Assembly: GCA_039545335.1 (NCBI GenBank)
Contig: BCIN01000006.1
Coordinates: forward strand, 930,001 to 994,000
Direction: 5' to 3'
Length of the DNA: 64,000 nucleotides
Source: Kondoa subrosea
Taxonomy: Eukaryota
Below the pieces are notes generated by a model. The model worked only from the letters and a program-made list of their open reading frames with translations, made no database searches and was not told the origin of the DNA. Every line of letters begins with the position of its first letter. The first letter of the stretch is position 1. The translations under genes and the position numbers were made by a program. This document shows positions 40,118 to 53,138 of this stretch, one piece after another.

Positions 40118-40586
40118 AGCTTTGGATTCGATTCTCGCGCAATTTATAGTTGTTGTATAGATTTGTATGTCTGGAACATGTATGTATATAGTGTCTATCA
40201 AGGTTTGGCAATAGAATGGTTGAACCAATTGAAACCACGTGCCACCAGAGACATTCTTAGCTAATCTTTCACTTAGAAATCTTGGTTCGAAACGGACGCC
40301 CAACGAACTACAATTTCGCTCACTTTAAGCTGGCTGGCCTAGCACAAAAAAGGCCTGACAAGACTTGGATATACTTAGCAAGCCTGCTGAATAGATAACA
40401 AAACACACTGGCAATTTTTATTCCGTCGTCGCCAACACGATTCTCCACACATCGCCCCTTTTCTCTTGAGGCTGCGCTTTCGCATAACGTGATCTATTGG
40501 ACAACTCTTCGCCTTCGTACAAACAGCCAAGATCCAGTCACTTTGGCCTTCATAAATTCGCGCTAGGACCAATTCTGGCAAAACAG

Positions 40587-43500
40587 ATGGCCCCTTCGAC
40601 GACAAGAAATGATCTCTTCAGCAACATAGAATCATCAGTGTCCTCACCACGTACTTCAGACAGCAATGACTCGAACGCATCTCAAAGGGATACTCTTATA
40701 GACATTCTTGGAGGACCGCCTTCTATTTTATCTTCCGCTGCTTCCAACTTCAGCATGCTCGAAGACACAGACTCTGAAGACTGCAACTATGATTCGGCAC
40801 CAGAATCATCAGGTGCTAGACTGCGCTTTGGAGAAAATCGCTCAGCGTTTGGTTCTTTAGCACCTAGTCGAGTGCCGTCTAGATCTACTTCACCTATGCC
40901 TGGCTCTTCAGCTGTGAATGTACCTACACGGCCAATAACACCAGCAAATGAACCTTCTAGCAGCGCTTTGCATCATCACATTCACCATCATTATCATCAT
41001 ACTTCCCGAAGGCCGCCTGCTCCGGGCAGTCAAGCAAGCGTACCGTCTACTCCTCTAGCAAACAAAGATGGGAACAAAGATCCCATGGACTATGTTTCCG
41101 AATACATTCCTTCTTATTTCGCAGCAGAACATTATCGCTCTTCTAACCTCGCCAGAAAACTTGGCTTCTTTTCTGCGGACGCATCAAAAAGGCGGAAGGC
41201 TTCAGCTACAGCTGGAGGTTGGTTTGGAGGATCAAGAAGAAGGGATTCCAATGCGGATGCGCCGCCTCTTTATTCAAGAAGTCCTTCTTACACTAGACTT
41301 GGTTCAGCTAATCTGGATATGTCAAGCTCTACTACCTCCCTTACCTCGCTCTTACCAGCTTCTTCGACTCAAAGCTCACCGATAAGAAGGAGAAGATATG
41401 CTTGCGATAAAGCTGATGGTTGGCTCGAAGTCATTCTCCGTCAACCTTTCGTACCTACTCAACCTCTCTCTATACTTTTTACTCTCGTTCTCTTAGCATC
41501 TTTCATCTTTTCTGTAACAACTTATACCAAGCATGCTCTCAACAACGATAAATCACCTGTACCTTGGCGAACTTTCTGTCAAGAACAGGGACCTTTTCCT
41601 CATGATTTAGCAGATTCTCTTGCTCCCGTCAACGTCTTTGTTGGTGTCTTCTCAGTAGATGCAGCATATGAAAGAAGACATCTTATCCGATCAACTTATG
41701 TTCGTCATTCTAAACCTATAGATCCAAGAACTGGTCGACCAGCTTCAAACGTTCAAGTTAAATTTATTCTTGGTAGACCAAAAGAAGCACACGCGAGAAG
41801 AGTAGCCCTAGAAATGGAAACTTATGGAGATGTTGTGATTTTGGATTCCAAAGAAAACATGAACAAAGGAAAAACACACGCTTTCTTTACTTGGGCAAAC
41901 GAAAATGCTACTGTTCCTGTTTACTTTAGAACGGGTGGTGGCAGCAAAACGAATGAGAAAGTTGGGTTGGGATTCCAGAAAGTCGATTATGTTGTTAAAG
42001 CGGACGATGATGCTTTTTTGGTCTTGAGTGAGTTGGAAAGGCATTTGAGAGTGTCTCCTCGAACAAAGACATATTGGGGCTGTGAGTGTTAGTTTGCTTT
42101 GCTATTTACTATAGCTGAAAGAATCGCTTTCTCTGACAGACCTGATAAGAAACCTCTTTATGGGTGGAGAAGCCTATGCTTTGTCCTCTGATTTGGTCGA
42201 ATACGTTGCTGCTACTCCTGCTCTCCTCGATCATGCTGAAGGCAAAGAAGACAAGCGAGTTGCAAGATGGATGCGGATGCACCCTGAAGCAACTTCGATC
42301 AACTGGGTCACTGAACGTTGCTACATCTACGATCATCCAAAATCTGGTACTACTTATGCTCATGGTTTCCTTTTCCCTGATGAAGTTGAACGTATTCGTT
42401 TGGAAGGTCGAAGAGGTATCACAGAAGAAGAACAAAAGAGAAGAGGCGGAACGAGCAATTGGGTACAGAGCTGGTCTTCGGTTTCTCAGTGGAAGACTCC
42501 TTATACACCTCCAGCAGAAGCTATGACCATGGAAGAAGAAGTCGAAGCTTTGGTTGAAGGCGGTGGACGATGGGGCGAAGAAGATGATTGGAAGAGAGAT
42601 CCAGTACCAAAAGATAGCTATCTCAAGTACGAAGTTAACCGCTTCTCGCCTTCGGATTCAAGGTTGAAAGACAATTCGCCTATTGCTCCTGCTGGATTAC
42701 CATCGCAAAGCATAAAGCTGCCATCGTAAGTCGTTGAAACCGTGTGCAATTGCTTTTCGCTAACACCAGATGCGGCTTACAGAACCACTACTATCGGTGA
42801 TGCTTCAGGTCGCCGCTTCAACAGAATTCCTACTCACCTTCTTGTCGACTCAGAAGATCCCCTTGCACCTCTCGTAGCTCGCAACCTCACCGTCGAAGCT
42901 GAAGATTCTGCACAACATCCTATTCTCAATCCACCTGCTGCCAATTTCCCTGTGCCGAGACAGAAGTTCGCCCAAACTCCTGAAGCGATTCCTTATGTAG
43001 AAAAATTCGTTCCACCTCCAGTCCTACGGCATGATCCTACCACCCTCAATGTCAGACAACGACGACATATCGGTCTCCCTTACGGAGGAACAGTCGTCGT
43101 ACATTACTTGAAGCAACATGATTGGTTCTTGGAAACTTCTCTCGCTCTTTTAGGTCGACACAACACTTGGGATGCTGGTATTGAACCTTTGGCATACTCG
43201 GCTCCTCCTCTTATAGCAGCTCTGGACGATTGGTCAGCTATCAAACCCCTTACTACCATTACACCTTGGGATGGCAAAGGTGTTGTTGAAGTCCTCGATT
43301 CCAGATGGGGTTCAGCGCATATGTATGGATCGCCTATCATTCGAGACAACGGCTATATCAGCGAAGGTCGAGAAGTCGCTTTTGAACGCTTGGCAAAATT
43401 ACCCGTCGAACCTGCGACACCCGGTGGTTCGAGATGGGGCAAACTCAAAGGATCTCCAAGACAGAAATACGTCGACAGCACTTCTTCTGCAAGTGACAAG

Positions 43501-43686
43501 ATGAAGAAAGAAAAGAAGACTAGCGCGGCTTCAGCGAGTTTGGTATCAAGTTCTTCTTCTTCTTCCTCACCGCTCAAAGAGTCTTCGATATTGTTGACGT
43601 CAGATTCTCTATCTTCTTCTCCTGCGTCAGCACCTTCCTCTACTTCTCCGGCTCCACATCTGAAAGTTCAGAAACCGCTCATATGA
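40587..43686 (+). CDS. Glycosyltransferase family 31 protein (type II membrane)
   Basis: TM near 41465-41525; VFVGVFS, ERRHLIRSTY, KFILGRP, ENMNKGKT, VVKADDDAF, MGGEAYALSSDLV and EDKRVARW; His-rich tract at 40971-41000. Confidence 0.88.
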
Positions 43687-44045
43687 AGAGACAGAAGTTT
43701 TCGTCGTTCGGATTCGCCATTGTGATATAAAAAGGTTTCGCTTCGAGGTGTATTGAAAGGGAGCATAATGGACTCTTTGCTGTATTTGGGTTATTTATTT
43801 ATTTTGATCGCTAGAAAGCACTTGTTGCTTGTTTCGTTGTTGGTAGTAGTATTTTCTAGCCAACATAGTACAGAATCTCGTAATTTGCGTAAAAAATGCT
43901 ATTTTATAATGTCTTTTACAGTCACTTAAATAAGTTACAATGAATCCCTTGTTGATACAGACGACAAAAACAGAGTGCGAAGAAAATCGAGAATGATGCA
44001 TGTATGAGTGAAGAAAAGAGAAGTGTAATCAGCAATGCCGTCTCT

Positions 44046-44677
44046 TCATGAATTGTTAGTGGGTGTGGAGATGGCGGTGGAAAGTGGAGAAGGTTGATTG
44101 ACATGAGTGTTGATTTTGTCTGTACAAAGAAAGCATGAGCACAGATGAGGGTCAGCAGAAGCAGCTTTACATTGAGGCTGAGCGACTTCCTCTACGGCCG
44201 GCGTATTAGGTGCACTGGTAGCCAAACTAGCAGGATCACGTAGACCCGTTTCAGAAGCAGAAAGATGGAGATGAGTGTCGAGCCAAGCTTCGTTGTCTTT
44301 GCTTAGTATTCGAGAATTCTCTGGACTAAGCGGCTCGACGATTTGCGGTGGTGTCTGAGGTGCTGTACCGAGCTCTATGAGTAAACATGAAACAAAGGGG
44401 TGTCAAGAAAGCTTACCCTCATCTGGCGAACTGGACTCGCTGCTTGAACGAGAGAGCCCAGGATCAGAGTTGCACACCTGTGCAATGTCAATGAGCACTT
44501 GGGCAGTAGACTTCCGTCCATTTGAAAGCTTACCCAAACTTCACCGCTTGTGCGACCTTCAAGCTCTGTAGCCAATTTACATGATCTAACGTGCCTCCTC
44601 TGCGATTGTTCTTGATCATCTACTTCTGGTAAAGGGAGACCAAAGTAATTGTCTGAAGTTGGTGAAGTTCGAGCCAT
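44046..44677 (-). CDS. Small disordered Ser/Pro-rich hypothetical protein (4 exons)
   Basis: Three phase-consistent GTAAG/GTAAA-AG introns give an open frame MARTSPTSDNYFG...GLSRSSSESSSPDE...PQTPP...STPTNNS. Confidence 0.5.
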
Positions 44678-44979
44678 AACTATTGTTTTGCTTTAAATGT
44701 CGTCGAATGCAGACAAGAGAGATGAAACGCGTTTTGACAGGTCGCGCAAAGGATGCACAGCGAGTCTCTGGAATATCTCAGGTCCTCTCGCTTGGTAATT
44801 TGGTAAAGAAGGAACGGTGTGTGGAGATAACCTCCCATCAGAGACATCGATAATGTTGAGTGTCGGGACTCTGCGATAGTGACATAGCGGCTCACAGTCA
44901 GTGCAGCAATCCGTTTCCATAGCAAGGCTACGATACAAAGTCTAACAGACCCAAAAGAGAAAATCGATCAGAAGCGTTT

Positions 44980-47711
44980 TCAATAATCGAAAGCCTCGCT
45001 ATGTAGTATCAATCCACCAATTCTGACTTGCTGCAACAGCGACCATCTCAGCACATGATCGATACAAGAGAATCCGAACAAACCTTCCAGACCGGCACTC
45101 GCGAGACAGCTCGCCTGATGCTGCAAAAGATGCCAATGCAGTCGGTTAGTAACAGTATTAAGCGAAACAAATGAAACCCACTCAGATACACCTGGCCCAC
45201 AAACAGCAATAGCCAGACCTCCTTTTCCACCATGTTGATTCTGCTTCTGCTCTTCGATCATAGCAGTGACCACACTTCCAATGATTTGAGGGAAGTTGGG
45301 ACGCTCGAAGGTTAGGATGACATGAGCTGAATGACGAATAATCTTGCCAGGTGATCCTGCGCCTGTAACAGCTACTCGAACTTTGATGTGCATCCCAGCT
45401 ATTGATCGAAGTTTCAGCATGGACAAAGATCACCAGTGTTTAAGACTCACTTCGTCTGACTGCCGACACCAATGTATGTTGCAGATCTGAAACGAACCAA
45501 TTCACTGCAGCCATATCTTTGTCTGACCAGCAGATCAATCTAAAGAGTAGAAGTTAGGACCGCTATTACTTGATACCTCCGAGTATAACGCGGCTTACAT
45601 ATCCACAACTCTTGACTCTTTTCTCTCACTCAGACCTACAAGTTCTTCCAGTAAGGCAGTAGCGAAAGTTATGCCTAGGCAGTCAAGAAGTATGAACAAG
45701 AGCGAAAGAATATGGAGAGACGCTTGACATACCTGATCCGCCGACAAAAATAACGAGACGTTCGAATGAAGCGAAAGAGAACCAGCCTCTGCATTGGTAA
45801 TCAATAGCTGGCCATGTCTTAGAAATTTTTGTGCTCACAAGCCACCATATGGACCTGCAAATGTTCGTCTTGGCATCAGATGCATTGGAAGATCAAGCAG
45901 AGACTTACCGTCTACGCTCACTTTGATGACTCCTGGTACTTGTCCATGTCTTCCAAAGTTATCGATGCTCTTCTCAGCATCTTGACTCATGCCTCGAAGT
46001 TTCTGAGTCCAATTGCCCGCAGCTCGTATATAGAAATAGATTCCATGTCTGGTTTCTGTATCGAGTGCAATAGCTCCAGGTGCATTAGCAACTACACATG
46101 CGAGAGTTAGCATTTTGGCTGGTACAGCATTATTGAAACATTCACCTGTAAAGGGATGCGCTTCAAGTGCACCTAGACCACTGAGCAGGCGTACTCTTGC
46201 ATGTCGTGAAGCTTTCCACCCGGAATCAATCCTGAAAAGGCATTGAGTAACGGTCCGTTATAGCTGCTGAAAAAGCTTGCCCTTGGACGTGCAAGCGCTG
46301 TGTGATAGTCAGCTTATGAGGTGATTCTAGGCGACAAAGCATACAGTGAGTCCTCCAGGGAGGGGCTGTATAGTTGCCTTCCTGACACGGGTTTTGAAAA
46401 TCCGCAACAGATAATCGGCAGATATGATGATGGATGCAGCAATAACCCCTATTGCGCATTCAATGAGAATAGAAAAATCACAGAAAGATAAACATTGCGG
46501 CTGACAGGCTCGACATTCGGGATGATGTATCGCTAGCGAAATGATGAAAGCAATCCAGCCTGTAATGTGGCAGAAGAGGAAAACATGGTACCAGCGGTTC
46601 CGAACAAATGGTAGAGAAGTCAAAATGAGGAAGAGAAGTATGCCGGTGCTGACCAGACCGCTGATCATGAAAGGTTTTTCGACTGGATCTGATTGACGCC
46701 TGACTCAGAGAGATTTAAGCATGTCGCATTCTCACTCACTGTTGATACCAACAGCTAGCCACGCCACTGCATGCTGCAGGGCTTGAGCGCACGTCTCAAA
46801 ACAAGATAACCAGCTTACCACTGGCTCGATGTGTAAGCGGTGCTAATTCTGAAATCTAAAGATTGCTCACTATTGCTAAGGATGAAAACCAGATAGCCAG
46901 CAAATCGATGAACGAAATTCAACTAGATGTTTAGGTAAGCCATGGTATTCAAATTAATCTCCAATACGCACCTTCTCATATCCTTTGCCCGTTAGCCAGG
47001 TGAGCGGACTATTCTTAATCGCTAGGAGGAAGAGAGACGGAAGGATTGCAGTCCTGTGCAAGCATAAGAAAACGTTTCAAGTGAAAGAAAGATTGTTCGT
47101 ACGCTATTAAGGCATCACGACCTCTGCGGTCAAATTTTAGCTGATCATAAAAGAAATTCCGTCAATGTACCTGTTGATGTCGGGATCCGTAGTAAATCCA
47201 TCAATTGATACGAATGTAGCAAGTAGAGTGATTGTTAGGTAAATTCCCAAAGTCACAAATTGGCCGAATGTTTGGTCAAGCAGTACAGGAAGAAGAAAGA
47301 TCTTGTTGTATATCGCTGACACCATATTTCAGCTTTCATTTGGGTAACGCGAACAGACTCACCTCTAGCCCAAGCAAGTAACTTCCAATTCTGCTGTGAG
47401 TGTTTGGGAGCCGTAATGAATGTCTCAGGCATCAGTCCAGAACCAGGAATAGCCATCCTGCGAGCTCTCTACGCCGATCGAAAGAATCATAATTATGAGC
47501 GACAAGAAAGCTAAAACTCAAGTTTCTAGACTTACAATTCCCTGTAAGATGGTCGGTACATTTGCAGCTCCATAGAGAAGAGTAGCGGATACAAGGGCAC
47601 CATTAAAGAACAGTCCAAAACGGAAGTTTTGCTATCATATATAGCAGGCAGAAATTGAGCGCACCACTCGGAATGAGCAGTGTGCTGACATACAGGAAAG
47701 AAGACAGCCAT
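44980..47711 (-). CDS. Ferric-chelate reductase (FRE/NOX superfamily)
   Basis: KNSPLTWLTGKGYEKLNFVHR; bis-His TM helices; HPFT, RAAGNWT, GPYGG, SGITFA and AVCGP; C-terminal HSEAFDY; start uncertain. Confidence 0.88.
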
Positions 47712-48163
47712 GTATGCAAAAGAAGAGCACGGTGATGCGAGATAGACGCAAAGCCAGAGGAGCCATTCGAAAACACATTCGACACGTCAAAACACCAGAT
47801 GCATGACTCTGACTCGAGTACAGAAGGAAGAGCAGCTGAGTGTTACGGCATTACGCGCTCGGCAAAGGACAAATGATAGCATGCTGGATTAGCTCGAAGC
47901 TCCTGGTCGACAAGAGAAAAGCTAAAAATGCTTAGACTCTCTCCGGCCAACACAAACTTTAAGGGAAGAGTCAAGTTACAAAAGACAAGAAGCGAGAGAG
48001 GGAAATCTAGTGTTGCATAAAATAACAAGTCTATCATACAAGTGATCCAAAAACAACGAAACAGAGACAAAACGAAGAAACCTGTATTCCTATATTACAT
48101 CCTCATCACTTTAAGCTGACACCATCGATGCATGGCCTATGTGCGTTGCAGAGTCTTTTGAGT

Positions 48164-49920
48164 TTAAGCAGAAGAAGGTCTGTATTTGCCGCCTCGACGA
48201 GGAGCAGGGTAAGGAAGTTTAACAAGAGCGCCTTCAAGAAAGGAAAAGATTTAGTAAATGTGACAATAGAGAGAAGTAGAGACACCTACCATGTTTCTTT
48301 GTAACTTTCTTAGTGCGGTTCTTGACTTTGCGAGCACGTTTGTCCATTTCAACATCAAACAGACTTCTTTTTTGACCACCGCTGATAGCGCCGCAACTCC
48401 AATCGGCGAATGACGGGCCTGATGCAAGATTGTCAGTAAGTCAAGATAAGAATGGAAAGCTCTCCTCACAATCGTCGGTGTCGTCATCTCCATAAGTAGC
48501 ATAACGATATTCTGCAACAATAGAAAGTCAGTACTGCTATTATACAATCAATAGAAGCACGTACGATTGTTGTCAGAATCTCCAGATCCATCACCGAGGG
48601 ACAAGAGGGATTCCACTGGACTTCCATCATCGGCCTGAAAGTGAAAGTGAGCTAACTAATAGAGGGGTGAGCGACGCATGGACATACCCAATAGAGACAC
48701 TGTGACAGGTTGAATGAGCACAGAAGGAATGTGAAATGGAGGAAGAAACTCACGTAACCAGAGAAGCCATCATTGGCATTGACAGCGCAATTCTCATAAT
48801 TTGGATCAGTGAAATCATCATCGGCAGCTGCGAAAGCTCTCCATCAGCCAGAGTACAGAGAGATGACGAGAATAGGAATCGACTCACTTCCTTGCGGGCA
48901 AGAGAAAGTCATTGGACGTTTTGGGGGGCAACCTTTCTGGTTATCGAATTCAACAATGGAAGTAATCTGAGCCGGTGCTGCTAAAGTAATGATCTTGGTC
49001 AAGACTGCAAGAGAAGAATTCAGCTGAAATGAAAGCCAAAAATATATTGTAAGGCTAACCATTTAATTTGGTTACGGTAGCCATTGGAACAGGAAGGGTA
49101 GTAGTTTTGATCAATTTGCGTTGAAGAGCTTTTGTGGTAGTGGCCAAGATGGGTTTACCAATCACGCGGGTGACGGTCTCACGAGGCAAATTAAGACAGA
49201 CGCAAGCTGCTCGAAGATCTGTTCTGCTGAGGGTTTGGAAGAAAGCTGGAGTTACGGCGCGAGCTCGAGCAACTAGTTCTTGAGTTGGCTCAGCATTACG
49301 CTTTTCAATGAATTGGGTGAAGCCATCGTTATCTATTTTCGGAAAATCAGCTCAGAACATTGAGGAGCAACTTGAAAAGGTGCTCACCAATATATGCAGT
49401 GCTTGTAATGGTTCGGGTGACGGTTCTGGAAGCTGGAGTAGTGGTGGATAAGACTGTAGTCCGCTTTGTGACCGTACCAGTTTGAGTTGCCGGCGAAACG
49501 GTAAGAACAGTAGTTGTCAAAGCCCCGACGCTACAAAGTAAGTATGAGCACACAAAGCAATTTTGTTGGACCGAGATCCTGAACTTACGTGACCGTGCGA
49601 GTTGCGCGAACGAAAGTCGAAATAGAGGTAACCGTTGCTGGAGCGAGTCCAAGGTAGGTACGACAGAAAGTCTATAATGTAATTAATCAGTCAATATGCA
49701 AAGAGTATGTGATAAGAAAGACATACGGCAGCTTCCGCTTCGCCATTGGCTTCAGCGATTGTTTCCTGGATGTCACTGCAGGTCACTGAAGAGTAGTCAG
49801 TCAACAGCCTGCGAAATACAAGAAGAGACACATACAAGCACGCTCTTCAAAGTCATTAGCCATGACAGAAGACAAGCCAGCTAGCATGGCGGCAAGCACA
49901 AAGGAGGAAGAGATCTTCAT
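48164..49920 (-). CDS. Secreted Thr-rich/Cys-module protein with cationic C-terminal tail, paralog B
   Basis: MKISSSFVLAAMLAGLSSVMA; FCRTYLG; IEKR; AACVCL; GCPPKRPMTFSCPQG...NC...CLYWADDGSPVES...DDCPSFADWSC; tail KKVTKKHGALVKLPYPAPRRGGKYRPSSA. Confidence 0.8.
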
Positions 49921-50817
49921 TTCTAATGTATGCAAGAAATTTAGGAGAAGATGAGAATGAAGAATGAAGAGGAGGAAGCAAATTCTTGCTGAAGGTCATT
50001 CTGAGAGCGGTGTATGACTGAATGCGGTCTGACGTGATATAACAAAAGGTATCCAGCCGACAGGGTTTGCAAACGGGCATGCAAAAGAAAGAGGGCTTCA
50101 GATCCGGTTTAGGAAATTTTAGGTGAAATGCCAGAGAATCAAAAGAAATGGCATCAACTTGATGTCGGAATGGCAGACGTCATACGACACGGGAAGGCCT
50201 GCAGACCGAGTCAATCAAAGCGAATACAGCAATATCAGCAAGTTCATCAAGCAGGACAAAGGTACGAGAAATCTTTCGGCCTCAACACAATAATGAGAAG
50301 AGGAAGTATCCAATAGGACAGTCGGGCAAGAACACAAGCGAAAGACTGCAGTTAATGCCTCGATATGCCAGTGAAGGGTTGTTTGGTCTTGTGGTGCCCG
50401 CTATTCGCGAGCTTGACGCATCCATCCAGCACAGAGCCTCGTCGCGGACTGTATGCGCGTTATAGTGCACGCCTGCAATCACACTTCGTTTATCGCTGAC
50501 CATTGTTTTTTGCAAACATCGATCCATGCTCGACGCCTGAGATAACCCCTTGCACTCGTTCGCAGATACCCTGCCTGCACAACCTACACACTCCTTTGAA
50601 GCCTCACACTCGTTTGATATTCCTCCTATTACAAGCACCGATTGACACTAGTTTGCACTTCTTGGCCTGCTGGTTTCTTTCGCAATACAACGCAGCTCGA
50701 TCTTGCTGTTGTCCATCGTCTCGTTCACCAACGCCTCAGTTCTACTCTCTCTTTCTCTCTTCCTTCCCCCTTTGCTGCTCAAAAACAAAACACCCCTAAA
50801 AAAGCTTGAAACGCCAA

Positions 50818-52881
50818 ATGGAACGCTTACTCAAGAGGCAGCGAGAAGCTGCAGAAACGTCGACGCGTATACGAACAGCATTGGTCATGGATCTAGAGGA
50901 AGATGCAACCACTTCCTCCTCTGCTCGACGCAACAGGCATACAACTCGAACTACACGAAGTATCACAAGCGTGGAAACAGGCGGTCTCAATTCGGATCCT
51001 ACTGCTATGATTACCTTATCCGAAATGACCAGTACTTCCGCACAATCATTGTCTTCGTCTACGGAATCTGCTTTGATTCAAGAGCAACTACCAAACTCAC
51101 CCGCAAATACCTCACATGCACTTCCTTCCGCAGCTCTATACTCAATAATAGCTGGTGGAGCAGCAGCGGCGATACTTATCATTGGAATCTTGACTTGGTG
51201 CTGTTGTAAGAAACGCAAGCAGAAGAAGAATCAAGAGCATTCCTGGTATGGAATAAGTCAAGGGGCATCGATCTCAAGAAGTAAATCAGGAAGGTTGAGA
51301 TTAGCGGATGAAAGGGACGATGGCCGACCTTATGATGGTTCTCAACCAATAGGAGGAGTTGATGAAGATTATCGAGAAAAAGAAACTTTCTACATGAAGG
51401 AAGCCAACTCTTCTTCCTTTTCTTCTTCTACACCCAATACTCCTATTCCAATCCTATCCTACACGAACGAACCAACCCAAGATTCTGCTGCACCTGCAAG
51501 ACCTCTTCGAACAGCAGAAACTATGAATGTTCTACCCACGCCTTCAACTCCTTTGACACCTGCTTTCTCTCCTTCAGCTCCTCTCATTCTAAACGCGTCA
51601 AGTCATGACGGATATAACGCATCAGATTTAGGAGCATCAGCTTCGTCGAGCGTACCTCCAGCTTACAACAATGATGAAAAAGAAGTGGTTGGTAGATCTG
51701 CAAGTCAAAAGAAATCATTCAAAAAGGATACAATATATGTGCGTTGTCCTATATTCACTCATGCCAATCAAAAAAGATTGACGAGTTGTGATCATTGCCA
51801 GGGTTTTGCCGAAGCGTATGGCGGTTCAAGCGATGATGAAGGAGAACAAGATCAGTCTAGGTATTCCCAGGCTGTGGGCTTGGCTCGAACAGGTGAGGCA
51901 GCAGAGAGTGCCTATCAGCTTCTTGCTGATGCTCCCTTCTGCATTCTCACAGTCAGCAAACAAGAAAGTCCAGTTCAAGGTTCGCGGCAAGCAGTTTTGC
52001 ATCCTGTACCGAAACGTTCGACGGTGCAAGTGCCTAGCGATACACATGCGCCTACCCCAATCATGTTCGATCCACCGCCGAAAGCTCGATCAGGCTCAAT
52101 CAAGAAATCACAACAGAAAATGGATGCGCTTATCAACAGCTTTGCTCCCACCGCCGCTGCAGCTCAAACTACCTACGCCTCGGCTGATTCCTTCCCTTTC
52201 CCTCCGTTCGCACCTACTTCTCAATCTTCTAATTCACTCAATTCTGGACCTTCTACATCCAGCTCTGATAATTCTCTCAATCATCTTACACCGCCTTCGT
52301 CAGCTGGAAAAGTCATCGGTCGAGCGCCAGCAGCTGTTACTGGCTATCGACAGATGAACACACCTTTGAGCGTTTATTCCGAACAAGGTGAAATCGATGG
52401 CTCAAATTCTCCCGTCAAACCTTCTTTTCCTTCCATCTCATCTTCACTCGCTGGTGCTGCACCAGAATCACCAACAAAATCCCTTACACCTATCAGCGGA
52501 ATGGAAGTACTTCGGATAGGCGAAACTGGCAAACCACCTTTAGTTCGACACAGTACGGAATTGTTGGCTAGTCCTACTCCATCAGAAGCTCAAGCTCCTT
52601 TCAATATCGGTCAAACTCTCTTATCCGGTTTGGCTTCCATACCTGCTAGTCCTGACCTGGATCATCATCAACAACAACAACCGGTCATTAATATTACTGT
52701 ACCTTCACCGTCACCTTCGATTAATCGACCTGCACGAAGAAGGATCAGTGAGGATACGCTTGGAGGGAGAGATGAAAATGTGTTCTTGCCGCTGGATCAA
52801 ATGACTTTGCAAGCGAGGGAAGCAGCGAATGAGTATAGGAGTCCGACCATGTCGCTATATGGAGCGTACGGAGATCGATGA
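50818..52881 (+). CDS. Single-pass membrane protein with Ser/Thr-rich ectodomain and long disordered cytoplasmic tail
   Basis: TM IIAGGAAAAILIIGILTW followed by CCCKKRKQKK; long ORF that probably contains in-frame introns near 51738-51794 and 51893-51951; ends YRSPTMSLYGAY. Confidence 0.7.
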   Translation: MERLLKRQREAAETSTRIRTALVMDLEEDATTSSSARRNRHTTRTTRSITSVETGGLNSDPTAMITLSEMTSTSAQSLSSSTESALIQEQLPNSPANTSHALPSAALYSIIAGGAAAAILIIGILTWCCCKKRKQKKNQEHSWYGISQGASISRSKSGRLRLADERDDGRPYDGSQPIGGVDEDYREKETFYMKEANSSSFSSSTPNTPIPILSYTNEPTQDSAAPARPLRTAETMNVLPTPSTPLTPAFSPSAPLILNASSHDGYNASDLGASASSSVPPAYNNDEKEVVGRSASQKKSFKKDTIYVRCPIFTHANQKRLTSCDHCQGFAEAYGGSSDDEGEQDQSRYSQAVGLARTGEAAESAYQLLADAPFCILTVSKQESPVQGSRQAVLHPVPKRSTVQVPSDTHAPTPIMFDPPPKARSGSIKKSQQKMDALINSFAPTAAAAQTTYASADSFPFPPFAPTSQSSNSLNSGPSTSSSDNSLNHLTPPSSAGKVIGRAPAAVTGYRQMNTPLSVYSEQGEIDGSNSPVKPSFPSISSSLAGAAPESPTKSLTPISGMEVLRIGETGKPPLVRHSTELLASPTPSEAQAPFNIGQTLLSGLASIPASPDLDHHQQQQPVINITVPSPSPSINRPARRRISEDTLGGRDENVFLPLDQMTLQAREAANEYRSPTMSLYGAYGDR

Positions 52882-53138
52882 GCTGGATGCTCTTTACTAT
52901 TGTGTAAGCTTCTATTCCCCTTGTCTGCTTCGAAATGTTCTGAATGTTGGTAGGTGAATAGTACATATGTCAAGCTTATAGATGTGCATGGGTTTTAATT
53001 CTGCTGGACACGCGAAAAAGGCGCAGGCCGTTCACAGTCGTTTGCATAGTGCTAGAGCAAGTCGTTTTGCAGAACATCTGGCTATTGTATAAATATATGG
53101 ACACTATGAGCTTGATTGGCGCTGGTCTTTGATGACAT

